Positions 35,131-48,555 of a stretch of DNA of 64,000 bases are shown here, one piece after another. The first letter of the stretch is position 1, and every line of letters begins with the position of its first letter. The translations under genes were made by a program, and so were the position numbers. The DNA is from Zancudomyces culisetae HAW-14-8. Taxonomy: Eukaryota > Fungi > Kickxellomycota. The stretch lies in contig JBNJNM010000006.1 in assembly GCA_052426225.1 (NCBI GenBank), forward strand, positions 434,001-498,000, in the 5' to 3' direction. The notes beneath the pieces were generated by a model that was given only the letters and a program-made list of their open reading frames with translations, ran no database searches and was not told the DNA's origin.

Positions 35131-38100
35131 TGTACTTTATTTCTTAGTTTAGTGCAACGTTTGCTTGTTTTTGTTGCCCTTTTTCTAGTAAAAGTACAGT
35201 CGAGCTAATTTTATTTAGTTGGTAGTAAAATTGATGTTTTTTATCTTACAAACAGATTCTTTGGTTTATTATTAATTGAATAGGTTGGCATTCCTATTTA
35301 ACCTTTATTCTTTGTTTTACGGAAAAAAAAGTATTTTATCCGGGAAAATTCGTACTATGTATACTCGTTTTTACTTTTGTGTTTATTCTGTAGTTCCCTA
35401 GGTTATTTATCCTATCTGGTAAAGTGCACTTCTTGAAGGCATATCCCCTATTGTGTAGATACTCGCCCCTTGTACTTTTGGTGAAAGCAAATCCCTTAAA
35501 TGTACAACCAAAAATTCTTTACCTCTAATTATTTGACATTTAATTATAGTAATTTCTCCAGGTATTTATAGCGGAGTTCATCTAAAAATAAAAGGCTAAA
35601 TTAATTTAATGCCAGGAATCGCCGGAACTTTATTTTTTTCGCTATAATTTTCGGTTTTTTGTTTTACCACTCCTTACCCATGTACTACTATATAAAGAAA
35701 AAACGACAAACTGGTGTAAAAAAAAACGAAAAAACCTAGATACGTTATTAGAATAGTGAGGCAAATAGCTGCAATTACTTGTATCTCATCACAAGAATCT
35801 TTATACTCTTTTGTTAGATGAGATTTTACAAACTTTTGATCGCTAGCCATTTGCCTCCCCCATAATTGCCTAAGCTTAAATAAGGGTGGGAGTTATACTT
35901 TGGTGTCAGTTCAAAAGATGTTGTTTTTGCTTTCCGCCTATGAAATCTGTGGGTATTGTTATTTTATATGAGTTTGTTATTTGCCTGTTGAACCGGCTTG
36001 GTTTATTTTTACTGGCTTCTCCAATAATGATTCTTTCTATTATTATGAACTAATGACCAGGCGTGTTAACAACTAACAATTCATATTATTGGTGGAATAT
36101 AGGAAACTGAACACACAACAATAAAATACGTGTTAGGCTTGTTTATGAGTTTCTCGAGCTTAATTAATTACTTAAAGCGATCATCAACATTGAAATCGAC
36201 AAGGAATATGCTAATGCGAATGCTTCTCTCAAAGCAAATCTCAAGAAAGAAAGAGGGGAAAGAGTAATATATTTCTTTCATTTTTACTGTCACTTTTCCA
36301 AAAATAGGCTCAAAGCACAAGAGGACGTTGTGTGAATGAGCAATTTTAATTGAAAATACATGAAGCTGTTCAATAAAATATTCACCATCTATTAGACGTG
36401 AGGGTTTGCACGTATGTGTTAGAATGATATATCGATATGCACTTAAGCAGCTGAGTGTGGTTGCGTTCAAAGTTTTGTATGTTTTTAAGAACCTATCTAC
36501 CTTTTTTACATATACAGAGATGTAAGGTTTTAGCACCGAAAAAAGAGGATGGGTAAGGTAGAAACGCGTCTCGTGGGGGCAAATATATCCATATCATCAT
36601 TTATCACATGGGCTCAAAAGCTATTTTCTATTCGCTGATTAGCGAAAGCACCAAGTATTAGACGAACACGTCTTTTTTCACGATTTTTTTTAGTTTCTTT
36701 TTTTGTCTTGGCGGTGCAAAAGGGTGGACGGGTTCACCAATTGTGTAATAGAGGAAAATGTTAAGAAAAGTACACAAAAACATATGCGTCTCATTAGTGA
36801 ATAGTCCTAGATAGTGTTGAACAACACATGCGTTTGGTTTTGAATGGTTGTAGCGTTTGTAACAGAGAAAAAGAAAATATATTAAATGGTTGAAAGGACT
36901 AGCTTATTAAGAATTCCTAAAAAAACACAAAATTTTTCCACAACACACACCACTGCACACCCTCTCGAACTGCATACAACAGGATGATAATTTAAGAAAA
37001 CAACGTGTGATATTAGAAAGGATACTTCAATGAGATATGAATACGTTTCTGAATATGTGTAGGTACTATTATACCTTTAAAAATTAATGAGGACTTGTCG
37101 GCACATACTAAATTTAGTTGCGTATATATAAATACCATTAAAAGCAGAATGCAAAGCTGGGTTGCGTCCTTCAAGCTCCATTTATACTTGAGAGTGTGAG
37201 GTTGTTGTTTTGGGCAAGTAAATGTTGGTCATATGACATACCCATAGATGTATACGTATGTATTATTATTATTTTCTCTTACCCATTTCGGCACTGGACT
37301 AACCAGAGAGCAAGGGAAAAAATAATGGTTACGATTTCTTTAAGTGAAAAAAATACAGTGGTGAGCCACCTAGCTTAGAGTCAAGATAGTTTGGGTGAGG
37401 GGAAGGGAAAAATGGTTTTGGCATGGAAGCCTTGAGTGCTAGAAAACAAGCACCAGAAAAATCTTGGTTAGTTGTTGACCAACAATTGCCAATGAAAAAA
37501 CAAAAGCAAAGTAGAACTCCCAACACCTCCAACTTTGGGCATTTCCTCCCCCCCTTTTTTTTTGCTTTTTTTTTTTATAGTATATTTTCTAAACCAATAC
37601 TCCAGTTATTCAGATTTGTGTTATTGTTACTGCAGAAAATAAAACAAAAAATAATGGGAAAAATGGTTGCCGAAATTTGAAAGGAAAATGGAAAATCGCT
37701 GAAACAGAAATGCTTATACGTGCGAAAAACAAAACAGTCCAAACCGAAAATCAAATATGCACCACTTATTTTTTTTTTGGCTTTGAAACAAAAGCGGGAA
37801 ACAAACAACCTGGCATTGGTATAAGTTTAATAAGAGAATGAGGGCAGAATGAACAGATTCCGATCCCAAAACACGTGTCAAGAATATAGTAGAGCATTAT
37901 AGAAAATATCTCAAGCTGTACCATAAGGAGCTTAATAGATTTGTTTTGGAATTTCCGGAAAATTAACAAAATTCGAAAGTCTGGAATTCCTGAGAACGAT
38001 AAAGGAAGAGCTTACTATTAATAAATTGTAAATAAAAGGTTCAAAGATAATAGCACAGTAGGGTGCTAGTGGGAGATTCAAGGTATTAAAGACTTTTTTT

Positions 38101-38251
38101 AAAAAAAAAAAGAGAAACAGAGAAAGAAACAGAGAGAGAGAAAGAAAGCCTACAAGTGTGCTTGGCACAAAATAAAATAAAACAACGCGAACTAGCAACA
38201 CAAAGCAGAAAAAATACATAGATAAATGCACAAAAAAAGAGAGAAACTGCG

Positions 38252-41200
38252 ATGAGTACTAAACAGTTAATAGAGAGATTCAACAAGTTGTCAGAAGAAA
38301 CCAAGCGAAAGGAGCAAACGTATAGCACAATCAAAGGGAGGACCGAGAATTTGGAGAATAGACAAAGAGGAAATGAAGGAAATCAAAGTGCTGCAAACTC
38401 TATAGAAGATACGGGAAAATCCGGGTTGAGGAGTCTGCAATTGATAAATTCAAGAGAGAGTAGCATAGAAAAGGGCCGAATGCGAATGGGGATGAGTGCT
38501 GAGTTGGAGAAGCAGACAGGAGATGTGGCAGGAGCCAAAATAACGGGTACATATGCTGAAAGCCTTTCCGGACTAGAATTCAAAAAAGATGTAGCGGACA
38601 AACGGAAAGAGGCATTCGATACATTAACACGAAATGATTTAAAGAACAGTGGCAGTCAGCAAGATGGGTATGTTCAAGAGAAACAAAATCTACAGCAACA
38701 AGAAGCCAAAAGGGCTTTTAATACGGTGGAACATGAAAATGATAAACACGAGGGGGAAAAAGTAATTAGCGAGTTGGCAAAGCGGGCAGTGATTAGTCCG
38801 AGCCTTAGAGTATCGACAAACTCGTGGTTGGTAACAGCGAATACATGCCTGGAAAGGGGTACGGAGCAACGGGGAAATGGTGAAGACAGGGAGGCATATG
38901 TAAATTATTTGAGATTGTGTATTATAGTTACTGAAATAATACCCAAGCAAAAGGATTTTGCAGATTATAGTAGAAGTACCGAGTATAAAAAGCTGAGGAT
39001 GGTAAGTAAAGTGTATTTTCATACAGGTTTAATTTCAATTTTACTGTTAACTATTTTGAAGAAGGCGATAGCAGCAATGAGAGATAAGTAATCAGGGATG
39101 CTGGAAATAAAATAGAAAACACTAGACGTGCTGGACTTGATGGAAAAATTAAAGGAGCAGATTATCAAGCAGGAGAAAAAGGAGAGCCGGAAGGCGACGA
39201 ATGTGGATGATCTGCGCGAGAGTTTTTTGAAGAGGTATCCAACAATAGCTACGAGCAGCCAAGAGAGTATAAAAAGTGTAAACGAACAAGAAAAAGCGAG
39301 ATATGATGAACCAAGAAAAGCAATGAAGGGGGGTCTAACAAGTGCAAGTAAATACATTGAAGAGAAAAGTGCGATTATGACAGCAATGGATCAAAGATTC
39401 GAGAGGTTAAAGCCACAAGGTGTAGAGGGGCGGACTGCGGAGGGTAGAAATGGAGACGACTCGACGATAGAAGCCAAAGAGTTGCTTAAACGAATCAAAG
39501 TGGGGGTAGGGATAGGAGGGCATGGGGAGGATCAAAGGGTGTTGGTTTTGGACGTTCGAAAGCCCGAGGATTATAGGAAGTGTCGAGTCAAATGTGAAGA
39601 TGTGATCAATATAAATCCTAGCTGGTTGTCAAGCAAAAGCACGCAAGACGATTTGTACCAAGCCATTGGTAAGAACAACCCTAGCGGTGATCAGAGTAAA
39701 TTCGGCAAGAAGAATAGGTACAAAGACGTGGTGTGCATGGATGAAGGGAGTGACGAAGTGGCCGGAAATCAGTATTGGTTGAGAATGTTGTTGCTGACTA
39801 TTTATCACCGAGAGTTGGGAGATCCAAGTGTTAAAAAGCCAAAGTTGTTACTCGGGGGGCTAAAAAAATGGATTGAGGAATGTGGACTGGATGAATGTGA
39901 GGGTACAGATGTTTATCAGACAAAGAACAAGTTAGTACATTCAAACGCGCATTCCGAAACAGAAACAGATACAGAGGCAGAAAAGAACAAGAAGAAAAAA
40001 AGAGAAAAGTACGGAGGAACACAGTGGAATACAAGTGTATACCAGTTCTTTAGTAACAAACCACAGGTTGTAGCTGTGGCAGCGGATATTGAGAGCTCAG
40101 ACATAATAAAAAAATATTATGGATTGGGACAAGAAAATGGATACAGGAGTGGCGGTGATGGAGAAAACCATGATCCGAAGATGGTGGCAAGTAAGGCACG
40201 ACAGCTAGAAGAGCAATTGACCAACAAATCAACAACCGTCGACGTGGGCCAGACCGCAGGAGAAGTATACAAACAACAATACCAACAATACCAACAACAA
40301 CAACAACAACAACAACAACAGCAGCAGCAGCAGCAATTGGAGAATTATAGAGTGGGTAGTTCCTCACAGTTGTCGGATGTGACAATCCCAGCGATGGTAG
40401 ACAAGATAAATACTCAAAACGAGCATAACGGTGGAAAAGACATGGATGAAAAGGCAGTGATGGCAGAGAAATACAAAAACGGAAGTCGGCTGGGGAGAAG
40501 AAAGACGATTTTCGACAATCCACTGCTAGGATTCACAACAACAGAAAACTCTGAATACGAAGGAGCAGTTGGGTCACAGCTAGTTCCCAACTTTTCCAAC
40601 AAAGCACCCGCAGTGGTTAGTGGGCAAAAAAGTGACCAGTTATACAATAAATCCCTTCCACAGCCGCCTGCAGTTCCCGAAAAACCCCATGCTTTGGTTG
40701 CCGAAATCGCTTCTGAACACAAAAAATCTGCTTTTACGCCTGTGGTTGCAACGAATGCTGCCTTGGAACAAAAGCCTCTTCCTGCTCGGAACGTTCCGCT
40801 CCCAATTCCGCCCCAACATCCTCTCTCAACATCAACATCAACATCACCATTACCACGACAACAACAACAACAAAAGCTTTTAGAAACCTCTGGATATATT
40901 CAAAAATCAGCCAGTAATGAGCCGACTGCAAGACTTTACCATGGGCAAACAGCTGGTGATGGGGCAACAAAACCGCCGGCTCCTCCTTTACCTGTGCATC
41001 ATTTACGTGCACGTGAAGATAGCAGAAATGTCACTACCAACGGGATTTCAACGCAGAATCAATACCCACAGCTAACGGCGACAGCAACGGATACTATCCA
41101 AAGGAAGCAGCACTACCAACCTCGGTATAGGGAAGATCTGCTTCCTAGTTCCGAAGCAGTTTCTCAGCGTATGGTTGCAAATATTTCATTGACTGGCCTG

Positions 41201-42478
41201 AAAAACTTTGGAAACACTTGCTATATGAACTCAGTCTTGCAGTGTTTGTCGGGGACAATCCCATTTGCTCGATTTTTCCTGACTGGGGCGTGGAAACGTC
41301 AAGTTGTTGCCAGCCGTGACCTATTCGTTTCGCAGCTGACCTTGCTTGCCTCCTCAACGTCCGCCACAAAGTTAAAATCGAATACAAAAACGAAAAATGA
41401 CACCAAGTCTAGGATGTTGGATGAGAGAAAAGGCAGTGAAACTCTTACCAAGGAATTTGTCCACGTGGTTGAGCAGTTGTGGAGTGGGCAATATACTCAT
41501 TTGTCTCCTCTGACCCTCCTTCGAGCTGTTCAGAAATCTCTGCCAATGTTTGAGGGAAATGATCAACACGATGCTCAGGAATTCACTTCAAATTTCCTAG
41601 GTGTTGTTCACGACTCGCTAAATACCGCTCCCGCTGCATTTTCTCATACCAAGCTTCTAACCTCCAACGCTGCATCAGCTTCTGACACCTTGGCTCAGGA
41701 AAAGGCCTTTGAAGCCTTGCCTGACTGGAAACAGGCCGATATCAAATGGACTGAGTATCTGAAACTCAACTGGTCTATTGTTGTTTCCATCTTTCATGGC
41801 CAATTGCAGTCCAGGCTGCAGTGTAAGTCCTGTAAACATACATCTACCACCTACCATCCCTTTACCGAGCTATCGCTACCCATTCCTATTGATTTTGGTT
41901 CCGATTTTTCAGTGTTTGGAAAAAAGTCTACCGCGAATGCACTTTCTGCCGCCACTAAAAATGCCAAAAACTACTCAAAGATGTCGTTTGATATCACTGA
42001 GTGTTTAAATAAATTTGTCGAGTATGAGTACTTGGACAATGAAAACAAGTGGAACTGTCCAAACTGTCGCAAAAAATCGCCAGCCACCAAACGACTGCTG
42101 ATTTCACGTCTACCGCTTGTTCTCCTCTTGCATTTAAAGAGGTTTAGATATGTTGGTCCCTTTAGAGATAAACTGGAATGTATGGTTAGATATCCACTCC
42201 AGGGCTTGGACATGGGCAAATACTGTACACCTGATGCCAATGTCAATATCAACAGCAAGAGTACTGGTAGCAATGGCAATAGCAGCACCAAATACCATCT
42301 ATATGCTGTTGCTAACCATATGGGCTGTCTGAATGGTGGGCATTATACTGCTAGTGTATATAGCGGGTTGAGAAGACAATGGTTTTATTTCAACGATACC
42401 CGAATTACCACCATTAATGAGAGTGATGTGATTTCTCCTGCTGCCTATTTACTATTCTTTGTGCTTGATCAAGCCTAA
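38252..42478 (+). CDS. DOA4: USP8/Doa4-type ubiquitin-specific protease (USP8-dimer/MIT-like, rhodanese, USP domain)
   Basis: Exons 38252-39001 and 39116-42478. AYVNYLR (USP8 N-domain), VLVLDVRKPEDY (rhodanese), Cys box GLKNFGNTCYMNSVLQCL, QHDAQEF, His box HMGCLNGGHYTA, WFYFND. Confidence 0.9.
40271..40337 (+). repeat. Coding CAA/CAG poly-Q tract
   Basis: caacaacaa...cagcagcag encoding KQQYQQYQ(n). Confidence 0.9.
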
Positions 42479-45139
42479 ATTATACCACTGGTCCAACTTC
42501 CGAACCTCTAACCTCGAACTTTGAATATTTGGAATTTTTTTTCATTTCCATAAACGAAAAAAAAGCAATCTTTATGTTGTTTTTCTTTTATTATTTCTAT
42601 CTTTTATTATATTTAGCCATTTGTTGTAATTTTATTTTTTTCCCTTTGACTACTAATCGCTTTAATAAAAACAAGAGTGCCAGTAATAGTGACAAGCCCG
42701 TTGATGAAAAGAGAGCAGTTGTGAAGCTAAAAAATGGAAAATATGTATTGTCTGAGCACTTTGAAAGATTCGAGTCAATATCTTTATAAGCAAAGCGTAC
42801 ACTTATATAAGTATAAACATCTCTGACAAGGTAAACACTAAGTTTAGAAGCATACCACCAAATTTTGCACTGAAAATGTTTTCACCATATGACTACAACC
42901 CGTAGTTAGTTCCAACAGGAAGCAATCATCTCAAAAAATTATGTTGCAGTAATTCATCTAATTCAAGGGTGCACTAACCGTTTCTGTGAAGTATAATTGC
43001 ATCAAAAAGGAACCTAAATGGGGATAAAGAGTTTCTATCATCATTTCTTAGTGAAGCCAGTGGAAAGCGATTTATAATGGTGGTTGACCTAAAGTCAATA
43101 AGTAATGAATTAAAAAAAAAACACTATTATCATTTGACGGGTTAAGCATAGCATCTCAATACCATCACCTGAAAATGATTGTGCTGATACCAGTAATAAT
43201 ACAACTCTGGGTGATGATCCCAAGAACTTTTATGTAAAGTTTTGTTGACTTTAACACATGATCTCAGAATATCGCGTCGCCTAATATATGTAAAAACATT
43301 ATTGAGCGTTTGTAACAAAAAATGTAAACATAAAACAGAATCCTACATTTAGCCAACATTTAGTCAAAAATTACCTATTTCTTACTATAAAGAGTCTATT
43401 TTAACTTTTCGCCTTAATAAATTGAAACGTGATTTCATAAAAAAAGTACAAAAGTTGTGGATAAACTTTATGGGTGTGGCTTCATCACAATAAAAGCACC
43501 AAATTCTATGTGCATTAGCTGAAGTATTCTATCATTTCGCAATGTGCTCAATAAAAGGATTGGGGGGTCGCTATTCGGAAAACTCCCCTTTAAAGACTAT
43601 TTTGTTTTTAAATTGCGTACATTTCTTACTAATGAGAACTTATTAACAACCTTGAAACGGTGTCCATCGGGTATGAAAAGACTAGAGAGCTGAAAGGGAA
43701 TAGGGATGAGTTTAAATTTTAAACTTTAAACTTTAGATTTTGGATTTTAGATTGTTTTTTTCTCTACCAAAAAATGAAAATCTTATTAACAAACCGTTTC
43801 CTCCGAACCAATGATAAATGTGTATGTGATGGAATGGCACGGAGGATGGGGGAGTGCACGAGGACCAGTTTAATTGGCGTTATGCAGAATCATTTTCAGT
43901 GCATAATGTGATTGAAATCGTATTATCAATCTATCCAAGTTAACCAAGAAAATTATTAACGAGACTGGGTGACTAAAATGGATTGATATCATGGTGAATC
44001 TTGCGCACACGCAGGTAACAGAATTTATTTATTTTCTAGATGACACACCACACCACTTTCAATATAAACTAAATGAAATACTCCACAATAAACAGTGCTG
44101 GGTGTGAATCAAATACTTTATTCTCTATTATTAATATAATTAGAGGTAGTGATGCTGTTTCTCATAATGCTCAGAAAAGTATCATCCCATTTTGCAATTA
44201 AATCTAATAAACCTGGCCAAAGTATTTAATAAAAGTGAGCTTTAGATCGTGATTCAAATGATGAAAGAAACGATTTTTACCAAATGTTTATTTTTTTTGT
44301 TCTCTAGTTTTGATCATAGGGGTTTTGCAATCTATCAGCAATACTATCAAACTACTTGTCACTTTCTTTTTTTTGGTATACAGAACTTGCTTTACCATTA
44401 TACTTTGATGATGGCATTGAAATGAACATATTCGTAGTAAACTCAGCTTTAATAAAGCAGTAACTGCTGATTTATAGCATTTACTTGTTTATAAATACTG
44501 TTCAAGAATATTTTTAGTATAAATACTAGACTAAAATTTTCTAAATGTCTTTAAAGTAAATCATTGACCTGAATAAAGATATCTTTCAATGTAGTTATTA
44601 TTATAATATAACTAATAGAAAAACAGCCTTTCAAGTATACAACAGAAGAAAAATGAATTTCCGTAGTGGATTAGTAAAGAGTTTCATAAAAAGCATTGTT
44701 GCTAGAGAATATACTCTGCAAAAAAAAAGAGTGTTGTAGGAGTTAGTGACTGTGAGTGTACAAATGCCTTTAAAATAAGAGTTGAGCGTTGAGATTTAGC
44801 GAGCTTAATCGATAACTCTTTTTGATAGTGATTTCGTATTTATGTATAATATTTCCACTATAGTTTATTAAATAAATATCACATTACTACAAAGAAAAGT
44901 TATCCTACACAGTATCTACTTCGCTTACTCCCCAAAATTTCTCTTCGATTTCTCACCCCACTTCCTAGATCTGATGTTTTTGAAACAATATCCATAGTGC
45001 TGCCACCTTATACAGTTCAAAGGAATATGTTTAACCGCTTCTTGCGTCTAAAATCGACTTTTATTGATTAAAATATATAAATTGCCATATTTCGCTATAT
45101 ATTACCACTTTTGAATCATAAATATGTTTGTCCAAACAA

Positions 45140-48100
45140 CTAATATGCATTATCTTTCCTAATTCCAAATTTTATCTCCCAATTCTGACAAAAGTTTATC
45201 AACTCGTGATCATTCAGGTTGTTCGCAACTTCCATGATCAATCCAGTGTGCTTAATTATATCAGCACCATACTTTATCAACAACTTGAATATCTCTAAAT
45301 TTTTATGTTTGATAGCCCCCCTAAAACCATACTCCTTGTTAAGAACTAAATTCGATTTTCTTTCAAACAAGAGTTTTAGTATTTCAACATTGTTGTTTTT
45401 GCAAGCCTCAATCACTCCACTCTTGCGTCCTCTTTTTATTTTTACTCCATTCTCAAGCATTATTTTAAGCATTTCTGTATTGTTTTTTCTACATACCTGG
45501 AGAACATGATTATATTTGCTATCTTTTAAGGAGGTGGTATCTTTTAAAAGCAACTTAACTGCCTCTAGTTTATTTAACCCAATAGCAGTTTCAAGTAGGC
45601 GAGAACTACCACCGATATAAGGACGATATGAAAGTACCAGTTTTAGTATTTTAATATCACCTGTAATTAAACAATCCAAGTTGTCTGAATCTTTATCCAC
45701 TTGTACTCCATGTTCCAGTAACAATCTGATAATTTCAAAGTTTTTTGTACCAAGTGCTAAATTTATAATATACTTGTTGGTTTTGACATTGAGTCCATTC
45801 TTCAAAAGTAATTTAATCATGTCGATATCTTTATTTCTTATGACAGCTATTAGTACTTCAGAATGATTACAGAAATCAATCTTGTAGGCTAATAGTATTT
45901 TCAGTGTTTTAATATTATCCATTTCAATTGCAATCTTTACTCCATTCAACAAATCACTATTCTGGATATTTTCACCCTTTTCAAGTAAAGTTTTAGTAAT
46001 CTTGTATTCTTCGAGTTTAACGGTGTTTTCATGATCCAAGCAATCGAAATCTTGTACTCTTTTCCTCTTCTTTGTATTTATTTTGTCCTTTCTTTCCAAT
46101 ACTCCCAAACCATCATAATACTCAAGAATCGTTTTTAATAACTCAATATTCTCAATAAAACACGCATACTCCAACTGATACCCACAAATGTTCCCTAGTG
46201 TAGCATTATTTTCTAGGAGATATTCTAGTATACTCCCGAGTCCCAGCATATACGCTATCCTGATTCCATTACGGTTTGGATCACTCAAATCAACTCCATT
46301 CTCCACCAACAGTTTAACCATACCAAAGTTACCCAGTAAACATGCCATGTTAATGCAAGAATGTTTTGGATTCTTAGGTACCATACCACCACTCCTTATC
46401 CAGTGTTTCAATACCTCTACTTTATCTGATTTACAAGCTTCTTCAAATCCATTCAATCTTCCTTTTAGTTTTATACCTTTACTAATAAAGTAATTTATCC
46501 ACCCGATATCACCTACCTTATATGCTGTTTTTAAAATCAAACCATCAGCTGAACTAGCATCCATTTCATACTCAATCAATAGTTTCAGCATTTCAAAGTT
46601 TCGGATTGCTAATTCGGATTTTGCTATCTCATGATATTTATAATTCGGTTCTAGTTTATTGTCTGCATGTCTATTATAGTTGGCTTCATCGCATTCAGAA
46701 TGTTTCAACGTTTCTTCTAGATCATTTCCAATTATACAGTGAATTACATTACAAAATTTGGTATAAAAAGTTTTTTTATACCACAGATTATAATGGTATT
46801 TAACTAAATAGCCTATTATATTAAAAGTTGTATTATTCTCTAGATTTCTAAGTTCTGAACTGATACACATCAACAGGTCTTCACAAAATCCTATGCTATA
46901 CTCAAACCCTTCGAATGAAATATCACTTTTCTCACTAGCCCAAAAATTACATGCTACCCTTTTAGTCAGAAACATTAGTGTTTTGTTAAACCTCAGCCTT
47001 GTTCTGACCTCATCTATTGCTTTTGAAGCTTTTAGTCCGGATATATCTTTATTGAATTCTTCTACCAGAAGTTCTGCTATCTCACGGTTATCGATATCAC
47101 ACAGATGTCGGATAGCAGCTCGTGCATCTGAATTGGCAGAAGCACCATTTTTCAACAATAACCACAACATATCCATATCTCTGTTTTTGCTAGAAATTGC
47201 AGTTCCCATGAATCTTGGTGATTTTAAGTCTACCCCAGCTTCGATCAGTAAATTGGCGATTCTGATACTCCCGATTTTTACTGCTTCCTCTAGACAGGAA
47301 ATTGTTACAGTATTTGGATAATTATTGATAATTACTTGTGCCAATGAATAGTCCTTTTTCTTTATAACTGTTTTCAAAGCATTTTCATCTAGATCACCTT
47401 TCAGTCTATCACTGTTCTCTACCAGAAGTTTAATAAGCTCAATACTATCTAGTTGAAACGCCAACGCTGTTATTTTGCTGATATTTTCCGAGTTTAATAC
47501 CACTTGTAACATGTACTTTTTCACCAAACTTTCCTTTTTATGGTGTACTGCTGTATCAAAGAGTATCTGTTTGTGGGTGTCTATAGAGCAGTTATCTTCA
47601 AGGCATTTTATTAAATTTTCCTTATCCCAAGAAATCGAATAGTATGAGCATGCAATATAGATCAAAAAGCCCATTTTAGTTGTGTATCCGTATTCACCAA
47701 TAAAGTTAACGAGTTTCCCAAACCTGTCAATGTAAAACTCACTTTTAAGCCCCTCCAGTTCTTGAATAGTGAATTCTGTGTTGGTTTTTAAATCCAAAAT
47801 TCGTTTTAAATGCTCAAAGTTATCCGCTTCGCAGACTTCATCTGCATAGACCAATATGCAAAATATCATGTATTTGCTATCAATAAATCTTGTCCCGCTC
47901 CCAACAGACTCAGATATTTCTAGATGAATTTCGATTTTGGTATTGCAGACATCCACTAACATCCCAGCAGATACACCTTTTACGGTACTACATATTTCTT
48001 TGTTCAGTAAAAAACCTATTTGTTGAGTGATTAGTGGTCTTACACAAAAACACTCAGAAATTTTGATATCTTTGTGATCGCTAAGTAATTCGTTCATATT

Positions 48101-48555
48101 TAATGATAAATGTTCAATATTGATGTCTAGATACTCGTGCTCTTTCATAAATAAAGTTCCCTGGTATACAACAGTTGATGTACTTTTGTCTATCACAAGG
48201 TACATTTTAAGCAGTTTACTTAGTATTTTCCTCCAATTGTACTTGATTGCCAGATTTAGAGCAGTTTCGTATTCCAACTTTCTGAGTCTTTTAAAGACTA
48301 AACTCCAACGGTTTCATTCATATTAATTCTAGTGTAACTCTCGAGTATATTTTTTAAATCTGTCTTAAAAGTATCCTTTGAACTTGATGAGACATTTTGA
48401 AGAATATACTTGCTAATGGTGTCTACTTGTTGTGAGGCATGGTACATACTTTTGTTCAGTGATGATAAATAGGGGTTTTGGACAAGTACAAATATTGTTG
48501 ACAGGACACATTCTGGAAGTTTGTAGAAAACACTGCTACTGCTGCTATCATCCAT
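45140..48555 (-). CDS. F-box-like + ankyrin-repeat protein (~1138 aa if repaired), split by a 1-nt frameshift near 48300
   Basis: Upstream ORF 48555-48298 has an F-box-like start FYKLPECVLSTIFVLV. The downstream 1045-aa ORF has many ankyrin units (e.g. CINMACLLGNFGMVKLLVENGVDL, VLIAVIRNKDIDMIKLLLKNGLNV). Adding one T to GGAGTTTAGTC fuses the two ORFs. Confidence 0.8.

Noticed and set aside
42640-43250. Coding-like fragments downstream of DOA4 (possible pseudogene relic)
   Set aside because: Multiple stops and no recognisable motif; cannot be supported without a homology search.
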